DNA from: Candidatus Saccharimonadales bacterium
GTDB lineage: Bacteria; Patescibacteriota; Saccharimonadia; Saccharimonadales; JAUPVS01
DNA: 64,000 bases
Reading direction: 5' to 3'
Assembly: GCA_039920385.1 (NCBI GenBank)
Contig: JBDSDR010000023.1
Location: 6,430-70,429 of the forward strand
The first letter of the stretch is position 1, and each line of letters begins with the position of its first letter. This document shows, in pieces, positions 55,676 to 63,708 of the stretch. The notes beneath the pieces were generated by a model. The model was not told the origin of the DNA. It saw nothing but the letters and a program-made list of their open reading frames with translations, and ran no database searches. The position numbers and the translations under genes are program-made.

Positions 55676-55742
55676 GTTCTGACCTCAGCCATCACGCCAC
55701 ACCAAAATATGAACCTCCCGTACATGGGGTTTTTATTTTTTT
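55676..55742 (+). repeat. Repeat unit R3
   Basis: GTTCTGACCTCAGCCATCACGCCACACCAAAATATGAA, then a weak CCCG-taca-TGGG hairpin, then TTTTTATTTTTTT. Confidence 0.65.
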
Positions 55743-55756
55743 GCTATAGTTAGAGC

Positions 55757-56155
55757 ATGAATCAGCTCGACCAGCAGCCCCAAACACAAGAACCAGAGAA
55801 AAAGCCCCGCAGGATGTACACTGCTGGCTGGATTACTGGTGGATTGGCATTAGGCGCATTTGGCGTAAGAGTGATAGAAGTAGCCCCAGACACTGGAAGT
55901 AAGATTTTTGGCGGGCTTCTTGCCGGTCTCGGCTTACTAACTGCCGGGGGAATAGGAGGCTCTTACTATCTTGGGGATTCGGACGTTAGCCCTCATCGTC
56001 TCCATTTACCACAACCTACAGAAATAGACACTGCTGGCTGGGAAGACCCACTTGCCGTTGAAGGGCTTGGTGTTAGGGCAGATGACATACCAGATGGAAG
56101 CTGGCCGGACACATTTGATCGGGAAGCTAACGAAGGAATAATTCCACCTGAATAG
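55757..56155 (+). CDS. Cassette D: small Gly-rich two-TM protein (132 aa)
   Basis: Helices GWITGGLALGAFGV and FGGLLAGLGLLTAGGIGG. Extended -10 TGcTATAGT lies 6 nt upstream of the ATG. Confidence 0.55.
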   Translation: MNQLDQQPQTQEPEKKPRRMYTAGWITGGLALGAFGVRVIEVAPDTGSKIFGGLLAGLGLLTAGGIGGSYYLGDSDVSPHRLHLPQPTEIDTAGWEDPLAVEGLGVRADDIPDGSWPDTFDREANEGIIPPE

Positions 56156-56171
56156 GTACGGATCCGTTCAG

Positions 56172-57584
56172 CTAGATGCCCAATTGCATCTTTAACGCCG
56201 CCTTCTCACTGGCCAGTGGCCAAGCATTAAAACTGCAGCCCTGTAAGCTAATTGACTGCTGCTGCATAACAGGGGCCGGTTGGCCAGCACCGCTACAGTT
56301 GGCATGGTAAAAGCCGAACCAGTGGCCAGTTTCGTGATTAATCACCATCGAACGGTATTCATCTAAACTACCTCCAGCAGCGTTCCAAGCCGCCGAAGCA
56401 CCTTGCCAACGATCAAAGTTAATTACGACATTGGCGCCAACGCGACAACTCCAGTCGCTGTCGCAAATTGCACCAAAACTCGACATCTCCGAAGCCGCGC
56501 TTAACCAAACCGTCATGCTGCAGCCACTATCAGCCTTGTTAAGACTGACTAGGCCATCTAAGTTCCAGCCCCGAGGGTCACTGTAAACAGATAGGAGCTT
56601 AGTATTAAGCGCCCCTAGGTAGCTGGCATCCACCCCACGAGTCGCTAAGCAATAGTTATATGACTTTCGAGCAATTGGCGCCGCCACCAACCCAACCTCG
56701 GCAGGCTTACTACTGGTAAGAGAGGCCTTTATAGTGCTGCTGGCCTCACTAATGTTCTGGACCCTAATGCCATAGCTAGATCCAACTGCCTGAACGAAGG
56801 CCCGAATCTTATCGCTGCTAAGTGCAAAGCTAGCGCCCTCAGCATCGTACCAACTAGCCACTTCTTGAGTCGTCGCCTTACGCGACTTGCCATTGTACGA
56901 CAGTGTAATTGCGGTGTTTTGTTGGGTCTGAAGACCTTTTAGCTGATCTTCTAAGGATTGGCGGGAAACAGCTGGTGTTTTTACCTCGACCGGCAAATTA
57001 ACAACCATTGACCCCTGGGCCAAGCTATTAATAATGGCCTGCTTGGTACTACTTGCATCAAGAGTTTGACCATTTACCGGATCTTTGATTGTAAAGCTAC
57101 CGTTTTCTAACGTCAGCTTAGCATCTTCGGCTACACGCTGGTACTCGGGCAAGAGAGCAGTGAAGGCTTCGTTAAACTTTGTGTCCTCGATTGTTGTCCG
57201 TACGGCCACATTTTGAACTCTGAACACATTTATTATCGGCAGCCAGCTTCGGGTTGTCCGAGCCTGTTGCTCAAGTGCCGCCCGATCCAGGCTAACCCCC
57301 AATTCGCCGACTGACTTGCTGACAGTCTTGTTGGCATAGTTAAGTTCGATTTTATCAGGTAAAACAGCTTTAGTGGTTGAGACTTGAGCAATCTCAACAA
57401 AACTGACCGAACCAACTTTCTTGCTACCAACTACCGTATTGGGGTAGGTGCGACCTTTATAAGCCAGGTAGAGCCCGGAGTTAGCCAGCACAAATGCTCC
57501 AGCAACAGCCAATCCAATAATAGCCGAACGCTTTGTCCAGACTATCCGCTTGAACTTTTTTCCCCATTTCATCTGAATACTCAT
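56172..57584 (-). CDS. Membrane-anchored protein with VanW/YoaR-like N-terminal repeats and a DUF3152-like HExxH metalloprotease domain
   Basis: N-terminal TM helix. C-terminal YRSMVINHETGHWFGFYHANCSGAGQPAPVMQQQ...C..NAWP matches the actinobacterial DUF3152 pattern as I remember it. Confidence 0.6.
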   Translation of the reverse strand: MSIQMKWGKKFKRIVWTKRSAIIGLAVAGAFVLANSGLYLAYKGRTYPNTVVGSKKVGSVSFVEIAQVSTTKAVLPDKIELNYANKTVSKSVGELGVSLDRAALEQQARTTRSWLPIINVFRVQNVAVRTTIEDTKFNEAFTALLPEYQRVAEDAKLTLENGSFTIKDPVNGQTLDASSTKQAIINSLAQGSMVVNLPVEVKTPAVSRQSLEDQLKGLQTQQNTAITLSYNGKSRKATTQEVASWYDAEGASFALSSDKIRAFVQAVGSSYGIRVQNISEASSTIKASLTSSKPAEVGLVAAPIARKSYNYCLATRGVDASYLGALNTKLLSVYSDPRGWNLDGLVSLNKADSGCSMTVWLSAASEMSSFGAICDSDWSCRVGANVVINFDRWQGASAAWNAAGGSLDEYRSMVINHETGHWFGFYHANCSGAGQPAPVMQQQSISLQGCSFNAWPLASEKAALKMQLGI

Positions 57585-57607
57585 CGCCTCTGGAGATTTA
57601 TAAAAGT

Positions 57608-58237
57608 TTAGAAGCGAATTTTATGCATAAACCGGTCGACCGCATCTTTTCGGCCTTCTTCAATTGGCAAATAGCCGCTTAGGACTTCAACGATTTGCTT
57701 TTCATCATCCGGCTCGTAAAACACACTTATACCCGGCATAAAACGCTTAAGTGGCATAAAAGTAATCGAACTGAAGGGCCCTTCGTCAATAACCGAGAAG
57801 GATTTAAACTCGTCATAGGCGTAACTTTTCTTGCCAATATGAACACCAGCACTATCAACCTGATAGTCCAAGGTTCGGGGCTTACGGGCGGCGAAAATAG
57901 CTAAGACAATAACAACCAAAATTACCATTGCTGTCGAGAATATATCGTGAGTTAACAGATAAATTACAGCTGCCGCCGCCAAACCGGCCAAGCCTAGCAA
58001 AACATACCACCCGAAATTCTTTTGGTGAGCAATAAACTCAGAAGCTGACCAAGTTATGCCGTCCTTTTCTACTGTGGGTTTGGGCTGGGGTGTCTGGGCA
58101 AACTCGGGTGCGGCAGGGGAGGTAGCGGCAGGTGTAGGCGGTTTATCGGCACTATCTGGTTTATATTCCCAGCCAGGCGTGACCGGCTGCGGGTTAGTAG
58201 GCTCAGGTTGCATAAGCGTATTGTATTCGTCTAACAC
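57608..58237 (-). CDS. Membrane protein: Pro-rich N-terminus, two TM helices, small C-terminal (PH-like?) domain
   Basis: Helices WYVLLGLAGLAAAAVIYLL and AMVILVVIVLAIFAA, then a ~90-aa soluble domain. Confidence 0.55.
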   Translation of the reverse strand: MLDEYNTLMQPEPTNPQPVTPGWEYKPDSADKPPTPAATSPAAPEFAQTPQPKPTVEKDGITWSASEFIAHQKNFGWYVLLGLAGLAAAAVIYLLTHDIFSTAMVILVVIVLAIFAARKPRTLDYQVDSAGVHIGKKSYAYDEFKSFSVIDEGPFSSITFMPLKRFMPGISVFYEPDDEKQIVEVLSGYLPIEEGRKDAVDRFMHKIRF

Positions 58238-58296
58238 TGTAAAAGCAACGCTCTCTCTGGTATAATCTCCCTGTTCAGCCTGTGTAAAACATGTAC

Positions 58297-58389
58297 GGAG
58301 GAGTACCCAAGTGGCTGAAGGGGACGGTTTGCTAAATCGTTAGTGGGGCGCAAGTTCCAGCGAGGGTTCGAATCCCTCCTCCTCCGCCA
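58297..58389 (+). tRNA. tRNA-Ser (anticodon GCU)
   Basis: Hand-folded. Acceptor GGAGGAG/CTCCTCC. Anticodon stem ACGGT/ATCGT with loop TTGCTAA. Long variable arm. T-arm GAGGG-TTCGAAT-CCCTC. G73 and CCA. Confidence 0.9.
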
Positions 58390-58404
58390 TTTTAATTTTG
58401 TTCT

Positions 58405-58494
<90 letters not shown>

Positions 58495-58497
58495 AAG

Positions 58498-58535
58498 AAA
58501 AAATGATCTTGCCAAAGGTAGGATCATTTTTCTTT
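58498..58535 (+). terminator. Rho-independent terminator after the tRNA-Ser pair
   Basis: AAAAATGATC (58499-58508) pairs with GATCATTTTT (58522-58531), with the T-run continuing. Confidence 0.75.
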
Positions 58536-58538
58536 CAC

Positions 58539-58636
58539 GAAAGAATGAGAACCCAACTGCGAAGCAGACGTTCTATCACAAGGAGCTCGCGCAGAAATTT
58601 ATTTCGAGCGTGCTCGCAGGTTCGGCCTATCTCACC
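58539..58636 (+). ncRNA. Unclassified conserved structured element, copy B
   Basis: Starts with the same 15-mer GAAAGAATGAGAACC. Hairpins CTGC-GAA-GCAG and GAAA-TTTA-TTTC covary with copy A. It fills the gap between the tRNA terminator and the convergent comF stop. Confidence 0.4.
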
Positions 58637-59305
58637 TTAAATCTTCTGAGCAAACAGCACCGCTCGGACCTCCTTTGCACCGTTTTCTTTTAGCACCCTG
58701 GATGCCACTTCAATAGTTGCTCCAGTTGTCAGCACATCATCCACCAACAACACCTTCTTCCCAGCAACTAGCTGCGGGTTAGGGCAGTAGTAGGCGTGCT
58801 GTAATTGCTGTAAGCGTTCTTGGCGATTAGCCCCGACTTGACGGGTTTTTCCGTGGCGCCGTAATAATGATTGATAGGGGAGGTGCCTAGACCGAGCTAA
58901 CTCGCGGGCAATTAGCTGAGCTTGGTCGTACCCCCTTTGTCGAACCCGCTGGGCGACGGTTGGCACATGCACTACAACATAGTCTTTATAAATCGGTAAA
59001 CGCCTATCCATTATACGGCCGATAATATAAGCAGCCGCTTGGGTACGCTCAAACTTAAGCCGGCCGACTAGTTGTTGCGAGACCCCTTTATAGGCCGTAC
59101 TAACATTAACCGATAATAGAGTAGGGTGTGGCCGACAAACCTCGCACAGGGCCTGCTGGGCAGGCTGTCGACACTTATAGCAACTGTCTGGAGCGGGCGG
59201 TAGGCAATTAACTATACAGTCTCGGCATAGCAAAGCTCCTTCTTTTTGGCAGCCTAAACAGTCAAACGGTGCGAATATCTGCAAAACTTGATCTACTTTC
59301 CACAT
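58637..59305 (-). CDS. comF: ComF family protein (phosphoribosyltransferase domain)
   Basis: N-terminal Cys clusters (CLGC...CRDC, CYKC...CEVC). C-terminal PRT motif VLLVDDVLTTGAT. Confidence 0.85.
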   Translation of the reverse strand: MWKVDQVLQIFAPFDCLGCQKEGALLCRDCIVNCLPPAPDSCYKCRQPAQQALCEVCRPHPTLLSVNVSTAYKGVSQQLVGRLKFERTQAAAYIIGRIMDRRLPIYKDYVVVHVPTVAQRVRQRGYDQAQLIARELARSRHLPYQSLLRRHGKTRQVGANRQERLQQLQHAYYCPNPQLVAGKKVLLVDDVLTTGATIEVASRVLKENGAKEVRAVLFAQKI

Positions 59306-59492
59306 TTCTTAAACTATAGGCGAGCATGATTAACTTGTTATTAACAGAGCATAAGCGAAGTGTTGTGTATATTATGTTGTAAATCTTCACCCCTAGACGT
59401 TGCACGGTAAGTATTGCCTAAGTTATACTTACGTAAAAGATAAAAACTCTTAAAATACAATTACTAAGTACTACTTGGAGGGTATACAAACA

Positions 59493-59984
59493 ATGGCGCG
59501 ACGAAACCGTGATGATGATTTATTGATGGAAGACGAGTTGACCGCTGCTTTTTTGGGTGATGATGACTTACCAACTAGCAACAGCGCGCCTGCAAATGAT
59601 GATGCAGCCGCTACTCAGCAAGTACCTGCTAACGACGAATGGGACGAAGATGAAGCTGTTCCTGGCCAATTAGCCGTCGATGTTTACGAAACAGTCGAAA
59701 AGCTTGTCGTTAAGGCCCGTACTGCTGGTGTTAATAAAAGCGAACTCGACGTAAGTATTGCCGACAACACACTAAGTATCCGGGGCACGCTATCGGCCGG
59801 TAACGAAGAAGAAGTCGAAAACTACTTTGTGCAAGAATGTTACTGGGGCGAATTCTCTCGTAGCATTGCATTGCCAGTACCAGTTAAAGAAGATGAGGTT
59901 GAAGCACTACTTAAAGATGGCGTTCTAACCATCAGCTTCCGCAAGCTCAAGCAAGATACTGTCAAGAAAATCCAGGTCCTTTAG
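59493..59984 (+). CDS. Hsp20/alpha-crystallin small heat-shock protein
   Basis: Alpha-crystallin domain: LAVDVYETVEKLVVKARTAGV...LSIRGT...FSRSIALPVPV...LKDGVLTISFRK. I chose ATG 59493 downstream of GGAGG. The track start is TTG 59475. Confidence 0.88.
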   Translation: MARRNRDDDLLMEDELTAAFLGDDDLPTSNSAPANDDAAATQQVPANDEWDEDEAVPGQLAVDVYETVEKLVVKARTAGVNKSELDVSIADNTLSIRGTLSAGNEEEVENYFVQECYWGEFSRSIALPVPVKEDEVEALLKDGVLTISFRKLKQDTVKKIQVL

Positions 59985-60003
59985 AAAAAGATCTTTGGGA
60001 TAT

Positions 60004-60038
60004 AAAAAACCGCCTCTCGTAAGAAAGGCGGTTTTTTT
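60004..60038. terminator. Bidirectional rho-independent terminator between hsp20 and the pilin-like operon
   Basis: AAAAAACCGCC-tctcgtaagaaa-GGCGGTTTTTTT, with A-run and T-run on either side. Confidence 0.8.
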
Positions 60039-60060
60039 GTGTACCTGAGTTTAATCTTAT

Positions 60061-60483
60061 TTAAGCAGGTCCGCCGACTTTAGTCAGTACGAACTTGACG
60101 ATAAACTGAGCTAGAGCCACTACCACGAGACCGATGATAGCATAGAGGATTGTGTTCTTAGCAGAGGTAACATTGCCCGAATCGCCACCAGAGATAATGT
60201 AGCGCAAACCGCCAACAATAATCATGATAACGGCTGCCACACCAACAACTAACGAAAAGATGTTGATTACTAGCGTCAATGTTGAGTTTACCTTATCTGT
60301 TGGGTCGGGGATTGCACAATCGGCAACACCACTTCCTGGCGTAACCTCAAGGTTAGCACCCTGACATAAACCACTTTGTGTAGCGTCGGCAGCGGCCGAT
60401 ACGGCTACTGGTGCCAAAATTGGCGTTGCAAACAAGCTAAACGTCAATAACGCCAGCACTGAAATTTTTAGTTTTTTGATCAT
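60061..60483 (-). CDS. VirB2/TrbC-like pilin paralogue P1
   Basis: Signal peptide MIKKLKISVLALLTFSLFATPILAPVAVSAAA, then a Cys-pair ectodomain. C-terminal module VAAVIMIIVGGLRYIISGGDSGNVTSAKNTILYAIIGLVVVALAQFIVKFVL. Confidence 0.75.
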   Translation of the reverse strand: MIKKLKISVLALLTFSLFATPILAPVAVSAAADATQSGLCQGANLEVTPGSGVADCAIPDPTDKVNSTLTLVINIFSLVVGVAAVIMIIVGGLRYIISGGDSGNVTSAKNTILYAIIGLVVVALAQFIVKFVLTKVGGPA

Positions 60484-60554
60484 AAATTCTTTTTACCTTT
60501 CTTTATAGCTGTTTTGGTTATACCACAGATGAGCCATCGCTGGCAAGCGGTTTG

Positions 60555-61070
60555 CTAGATGACTTTAGTTAGCACAAATTTAACAATGAACTGGGCTAAG
60601 GCTGCCACTGCCAGACCCACCACGGCATACAGGATGGTATTCTTGGCAGACTGAACGGCCGACGAGTCACCACCCGAAGCAATATATTTAAAACCACCGA
60701 TCATTATCATAATTACCGCCGCCACTGCCACTATGATACTCAGGATATTTATAACGACCTTTATAATATCGCCAACGCTGCGCTGTCCTGCTGCCGATTG
60801 GCAACCGTTGTTATCAGCCGTCAGGCCAATTCCTTCACAAACTGCTTTCTCGGCCGAACTAGCTGGTGTAGCGGCTTTGGCGGCAGCATCGGCGGCATCA
60901 GTAGCATCGGAGTTGTTTTGTGCAGCTGCCGCAGCAGCGGCATCAGCGGCTTTGGCGGCAGCAGCGGCATCAGCAGCAGCCTCAGCCGGCGTTTGGGCAC
61001 TAACCATGGCCGGAGCCATAAGAACTACTAAGCAGAACAAGCTACAAGCGATAACCAATAATTTCTTCAT
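60555..61070 (-). CDS. VirB2/TrbC-like pilin paralogue P2 (Ala-rich ectodomain)
   Basis: I place the start at MKKLLVIACSLFCLVVLMAPAMVSAQ (AAGGGA SD). Ala/Asp/Lys-rich stretch and Cys pair. The C-terminal module is ~75% identical to P1. Confidence 0.75.
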   Translation of the reverse strand: MKKLLVIACSLFCLVVLMAPAMVSAQTPAEAAADAAAAAKAADAAAAAAAQNNSDATDAADAAAKAATPASSAEKAVCEGIGLTADNNGCQSAAGQRSVGDIIKVVINILSIIVAVAAVIMIMIGGFKYIASGGDSSAVQSAKNTILYAVVGLAVAALAQFIVKFVLTKVI

Positions 61071-61081
61071 ATTTATCCCTT

Positions 61082-61471
61082 TCATAATTTATTGATTACA
61101 AATACTAAAATTGTTTGGGCCGATACTGCCACTACCAAGCCAATAACTGCATACAGTATTACACTCTTGGCCTTGGCAGTTTTCTGAGAATCGCCGCCTG
61201 AAGTGACATACTGAAAGCCACCAATAATAATCGCGATTACTGATGCTACGCCAGTAAATACGGCTACTAGCTGAGTGGCGCGGGCCAAAATACTACCCGA
61301 GCCAGAGACCGGGTTATAGTTACTCTGCTGACAGGCAGTAGCGGTTGATGCCCCCGATGAATTACAGGCCTGTTCGTAGGGATCAAAGGCGGCATGGGCG
61401 ACTGGTGCAAATAAGCCCAAGGCAATAGTTAGGCCGACTACTAGGCTGATTAGTGAAATTCTTATTCTCAT
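61082..61471 (-). CDS. VirB2/TrbC-like pilin paralogue P3
   Basis: Signal peptide ...GLFAPVAHAA and Cys pair. Module VIAIIIGGFQYVTSGGDSQKTAKAKSVILYAVIGLVVAV. Confidence 0.75.
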   Translation of the reverse strand: MRIRISLISLVVGLTIALGLFAPVAHAAFDPYEQACNSSGASTATACQQSNYNPVSGSGSILARATQLVAVFTGVASVIAIIIGGFQYVTSGGDSQKTAKAKSVILYAVIGLVVAVSAQTILVFVINKL

Positions 61472-61764
61472 AGTTTATCTACCACAAAGGTCACAATACC
61501 AAAGGCTGACATCGAAATCACCAGACCAATAACTGCGTACAAGATTGTGTCTTTGGCCTTAGCGGTTTTTTGTGGATCGCCTTGCGACAAAGTATATTGA
61601 AAGCCGGCGATAGTAACTATCAGCAGGGCGATCGCACCAGTGACACCGAAGACAATCTGTAATACCCCTTGAATTTGGACACTGCTGGTATCGGTTTGCC
61701 GTGGGATATTTACTTGATTGGGGTCAAATACTTGAGCTAAGGTGTGTAAGATTTGGTTCTTCAT
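61468..61764 (-). CDS. VirB2/TrbC-like pilin paralogue P4 (short, no classical signal peptide)
   Basis: 98 aa. Module LLIVTIAGFQYTLSQGDPQKTAKAKDTILYAVIGLVISM. 4-nt overlap with P3. Confidence 0.7.
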   Translation of the reverse strand: MKNQILHTLAQVFDPNQVNIPRQTDTSSVQIQGVLQIVFGVTGAIALLIVTIAGFQYTLSQGDPQKTAKAKDTILYAVIGLVISMSAFGIVTFVVDKL

Positions 61765-61769
61765 TGCGG

Positions 61770-62192
61770 TTACTTAAGGCTATTTCCTATAAATGATACT
61801 GCTGCCGTGGCAACAATGACAATAATTAATCCAATTATGGCGTTGGTAATTATATCCTTGGCGGCCTTAGTTCGATCGGGCTCACCTTGGCTAGTAATAT
61901 ATTGGATGCCCCCATAAATAATATAAGCAACGGCGGCGATACCGGCAAAGCGGAGCAGTATTTCGATAAAAGCTAGACCGATTAACCAAGCATCATTGAA
62001 GCCACTTATTTGTGGCGTACATTTGCCTAGGGCGTCTTTTTCGCTTCCCAAGTATTTGTACCAAGTAGGAAAGCCAAAAAAACTTTTGGCAGGAGCACAG
62101 GCTCCGTTTAGGGCAGCAGCAGCTTTGGCGGCAGCATCATCAAGTGCGCCTTGGTCTTGACCGAATGTTCTAAAGACTGCGGTCCACACCAT
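61770..62192 (-). CDS. VirB2/TrbC-like pilin paralogue P5 (no classical signal peptide)
   Basis: Module AAVAYIIYGGIQYITSQGEPDRTKAAKDIITNAIIGLIIVI. Its ATG directly abuts the in-frame TAG of P6. Confidence 0.7.
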   Translation of the reverse strand: MVWTAVFRTFGQDQGALDDAAAKAAAALNGACAPAKSFFGFPTWYKYLGSEKDALGKCTPQISGFNDAWLIGLAFIEILLRFAGIAAVAYIIYGGIQYITSQGEPDRTKAAKDIITNAIIGLIIVIVATAAVSFIGNSLK

Positions 62193-63206
62193 CTAGAATA
62201 TCCCTCCCGGTACCAACCATTGCAGGAATGCAAACATGAACCCATAGGCAATCAGAGCTATCAAAGCGTTCATAATCCGCTTTTTGGCAACCGCCACCTG
62301 TTGAGGGTTGCTGCCGGCTGTAACGTACTGAATCCCACCAATGATAATCATCACTGTTACGATTATACCGACCCCAGCGCTCAAGAAGTTTACAAATAAT
62401 AGTAAGTTTTTGACTAATGGATTCTGCTTGAGGCAGGCTTGGAGCTTCGCTTCATCTATATAATCATCAGACTTGTCACCTGGCGTGCCATTATCATTGA
62501 CAGCACTGCAACAAGCAACCTTATCGCGTTCGGCATTATCCGAATTGGAGTTACAGCTATCATCGACGGTTGCGGCGGCGGCTGTATCGGCTGTAGTCGA
62601 GGCCGCATCTGTAGCACTCTCCTGGGCAGCTTTAGCAGCCGCTTCGGCAATTGTAGTACTAGTGGGGTTACCGCCGTTAGACGATACGGCAGCGGCCGCG
62701 GCAGCGGCGTCTTTGGCAGCTTGTTGAGCGCGTGCAACAGCGGCAGCAGCGGCGGTTGGATTGTTGGCGTTTCGGGCTGCAATTGCAGCGTCGGCGGCGT
62801 CTTTGGCAGCCTTTTGGGCCTTGGCTATGGCAGCGATAACGGCTGCCGGGTTATTCCCCTGAGTCTGGGCAGTGGTTATAATGTTACTGGTTATTTTGGA
62901 GGCATTGACAATCTGCGCCAAGTTACAAGCTACCGAAGTACCAGCAACAGTTGAGTCCTTTGTCCAGTAGTAACAATTGTTAGAGGCTGGTTCGACAGCC
63001 GCGCCGATGACGAAACCAGTTGATTCCAGAGTAGCCTTATCGCACTTAGGGAGTTGTTCGACTGCGCCAGTAGCACTATTCTCGACGTAGCAACGCGGCG
63101 CGGCCTGCACAAGCTGAGTTTTACCGACAATACTAACGGCAAAAGTTAATACAAAAAAGCTAGCAACTAGTAGTACTCTTGCTTTGCCGGAGTAAAATTT
63201 AAGCAT
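62193..63206 (-). CDS. VirB2/TrbC-like pilin paralogue P6 with a large Cys- and Ala-rich ectodomain (337 aa)
   Basis: Signal peptide. About 250-aa ectodomain with at least 9 Cys and a tandem NNPxA...AKAQKAAKDAA repeat. C-terminal module IIVTVMIIIGGIQYVTAGSNPQQVAVAKKRIMNALIALIAYG. Confidence 0.7.
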   Translation of the reverse strand: MLKFYSGKARVLLVASFFVLTFAVSIVGKTQLVQAAPRCYVENSATGAVEQLPKCDKATLESTGFVIGAAVEPASNNCYYWTKDSTVAGTSVACNLAQIVNASKITSNIITTAQTQGNNPAAVIAAIAKAQKAAKDAADAAIAARNANNPTAAAAAVARAQQAAKDAAAAAAAVSSNGGNPTSTTIAEAAAKAAQESATDAASTTADTAAAATVDDSCNSNSDNAERDKVACCSAVNDNGTPGDKSDDYIDEAKLQACLKQNPLVKNLLLFVNFLSAGVGIIVTVMIIIGGIQYVTAGSNPQQVAVAKKRIMNALIALIAYGFMFAFLQWLVPGGIF

Positions 63207-63708
63207 TGGTTTCGACCTTAAAGGCGACTATCTTACTATCCGATTTTTGCACAATGATAGCGATATTAACTGGCTTGCCCGATTTAGAAGCACACTTATA
63301 AACGGTCTCTTGGCCACTAGCAACATCGACCTGTGAGGTTTTTTGACACTTTTTAAAGTCCACCGAGCTTCGGGTGCGCTCCAGACCGTAAATGGCCAGT
63401 TCTTTGTCGGCGGCAATCTCACCCCCCAGCAATGGGTAGACATCTTTATCTAAGGTGACGTTGGGGTTGGCCATATTTGTTACAAAACTTGTTGATGGGG
63501 TAGTAGTGGCTAAGCTTCCGGAGGTTGGTAAATTATTCTTAAAGGCTACTGTAATACCTACCAATATTAGGGTAATGATAAAGAGGAAGCCGGTAGACAT
63601 AACGGCGACCTTCTTACGACTAGTCTTTTTGGGGGGGCTGGCCGATGGTTGTTGAAGGATAAAATCGAAATTCGCTTGCGGTTTTTGGTTTTGTGGGTTC
63701 ATGATCAT
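63199..63708 (-). CDS. Membrane-anchored hypothetical protein, first gene of the pilin-like operon
   Basis: MIMNPQNQKPQANFDFILQQP..., then a TM helix (VMSTGFLFIITLILVGITVAF) and a ~110-aa ectodomain. 8-nt overlap with the P6 start. I chose the start at Met30 of the track ORF; Met32 is also possible. Confidence 0.55.
   Translation of the reverse strand: MIMNPQNQKPQANFDFILQQPSASPPKKTSRKKVAVMSTGFLFIITLILVGITVAFKNNLPTSGSLATTTPSTSFVTNMANPNVTLDKDVYPLLGGEIAADKELAIYGLERTRSSVDFKKCQKTSQVDVASGQETVYKCASKSGKPVNIAIIVQKSDSKIVAFKVETNA

Noticed and set aside
55101-55676. 191-aa plus-strand ORF spanning cassettes B and C
   Set aside because: It crosses the B start region, the whole of repeat R2 including its terminator, and all of cassette C on the opposite strand. 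Its composition is Cys/Ser/Tyr-rich and junk-like, with no start context.
53599-56160. Classical integron
   Set aside because: There is no intI gene and no attC-type imperfect palindromes with RYYYAAC/GTTRRRY cores. The conserved part of the repeat is one 30-nt block rather than short inverse core sites, and cassette orientation is mixed. The locus is kept as an unexplained cassette-like array in the findings.
56161-56171. 10-bp palindrome ACGGATCCGT between cassette D and the DUF3152-like gene
   Set aside because: It is a short stem with no loop or T-run. It is most simply a weak convergent-gene spacer hairpin and nothing else supports a function.
59350-59362. AGCATAAGCG shared between the comF-hsp20 intergenic region and repeat R1
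   Set aside because: It is only a 10-mer without the flanking CACACCAA block or terminator. In 64 kb this is compatible with chance.
60733-62954. GCN-periodic, Ala-coding nucleotide stretches with multiple antisense ORFs (60733..61095, 60798..61031, 62439..62954, 62456..62782, 62473..62727). Considered as possible tandem repeats or CRISPR-like structure.
   Set aside because: The periodicity is codon-level low complexity (Ala/Lys/Asp) inside pilin paralogues P2 and P6. There are no repeat-spacer units. The antisense ORFs are artefacts of GC-rich third-position-neutral sequence.
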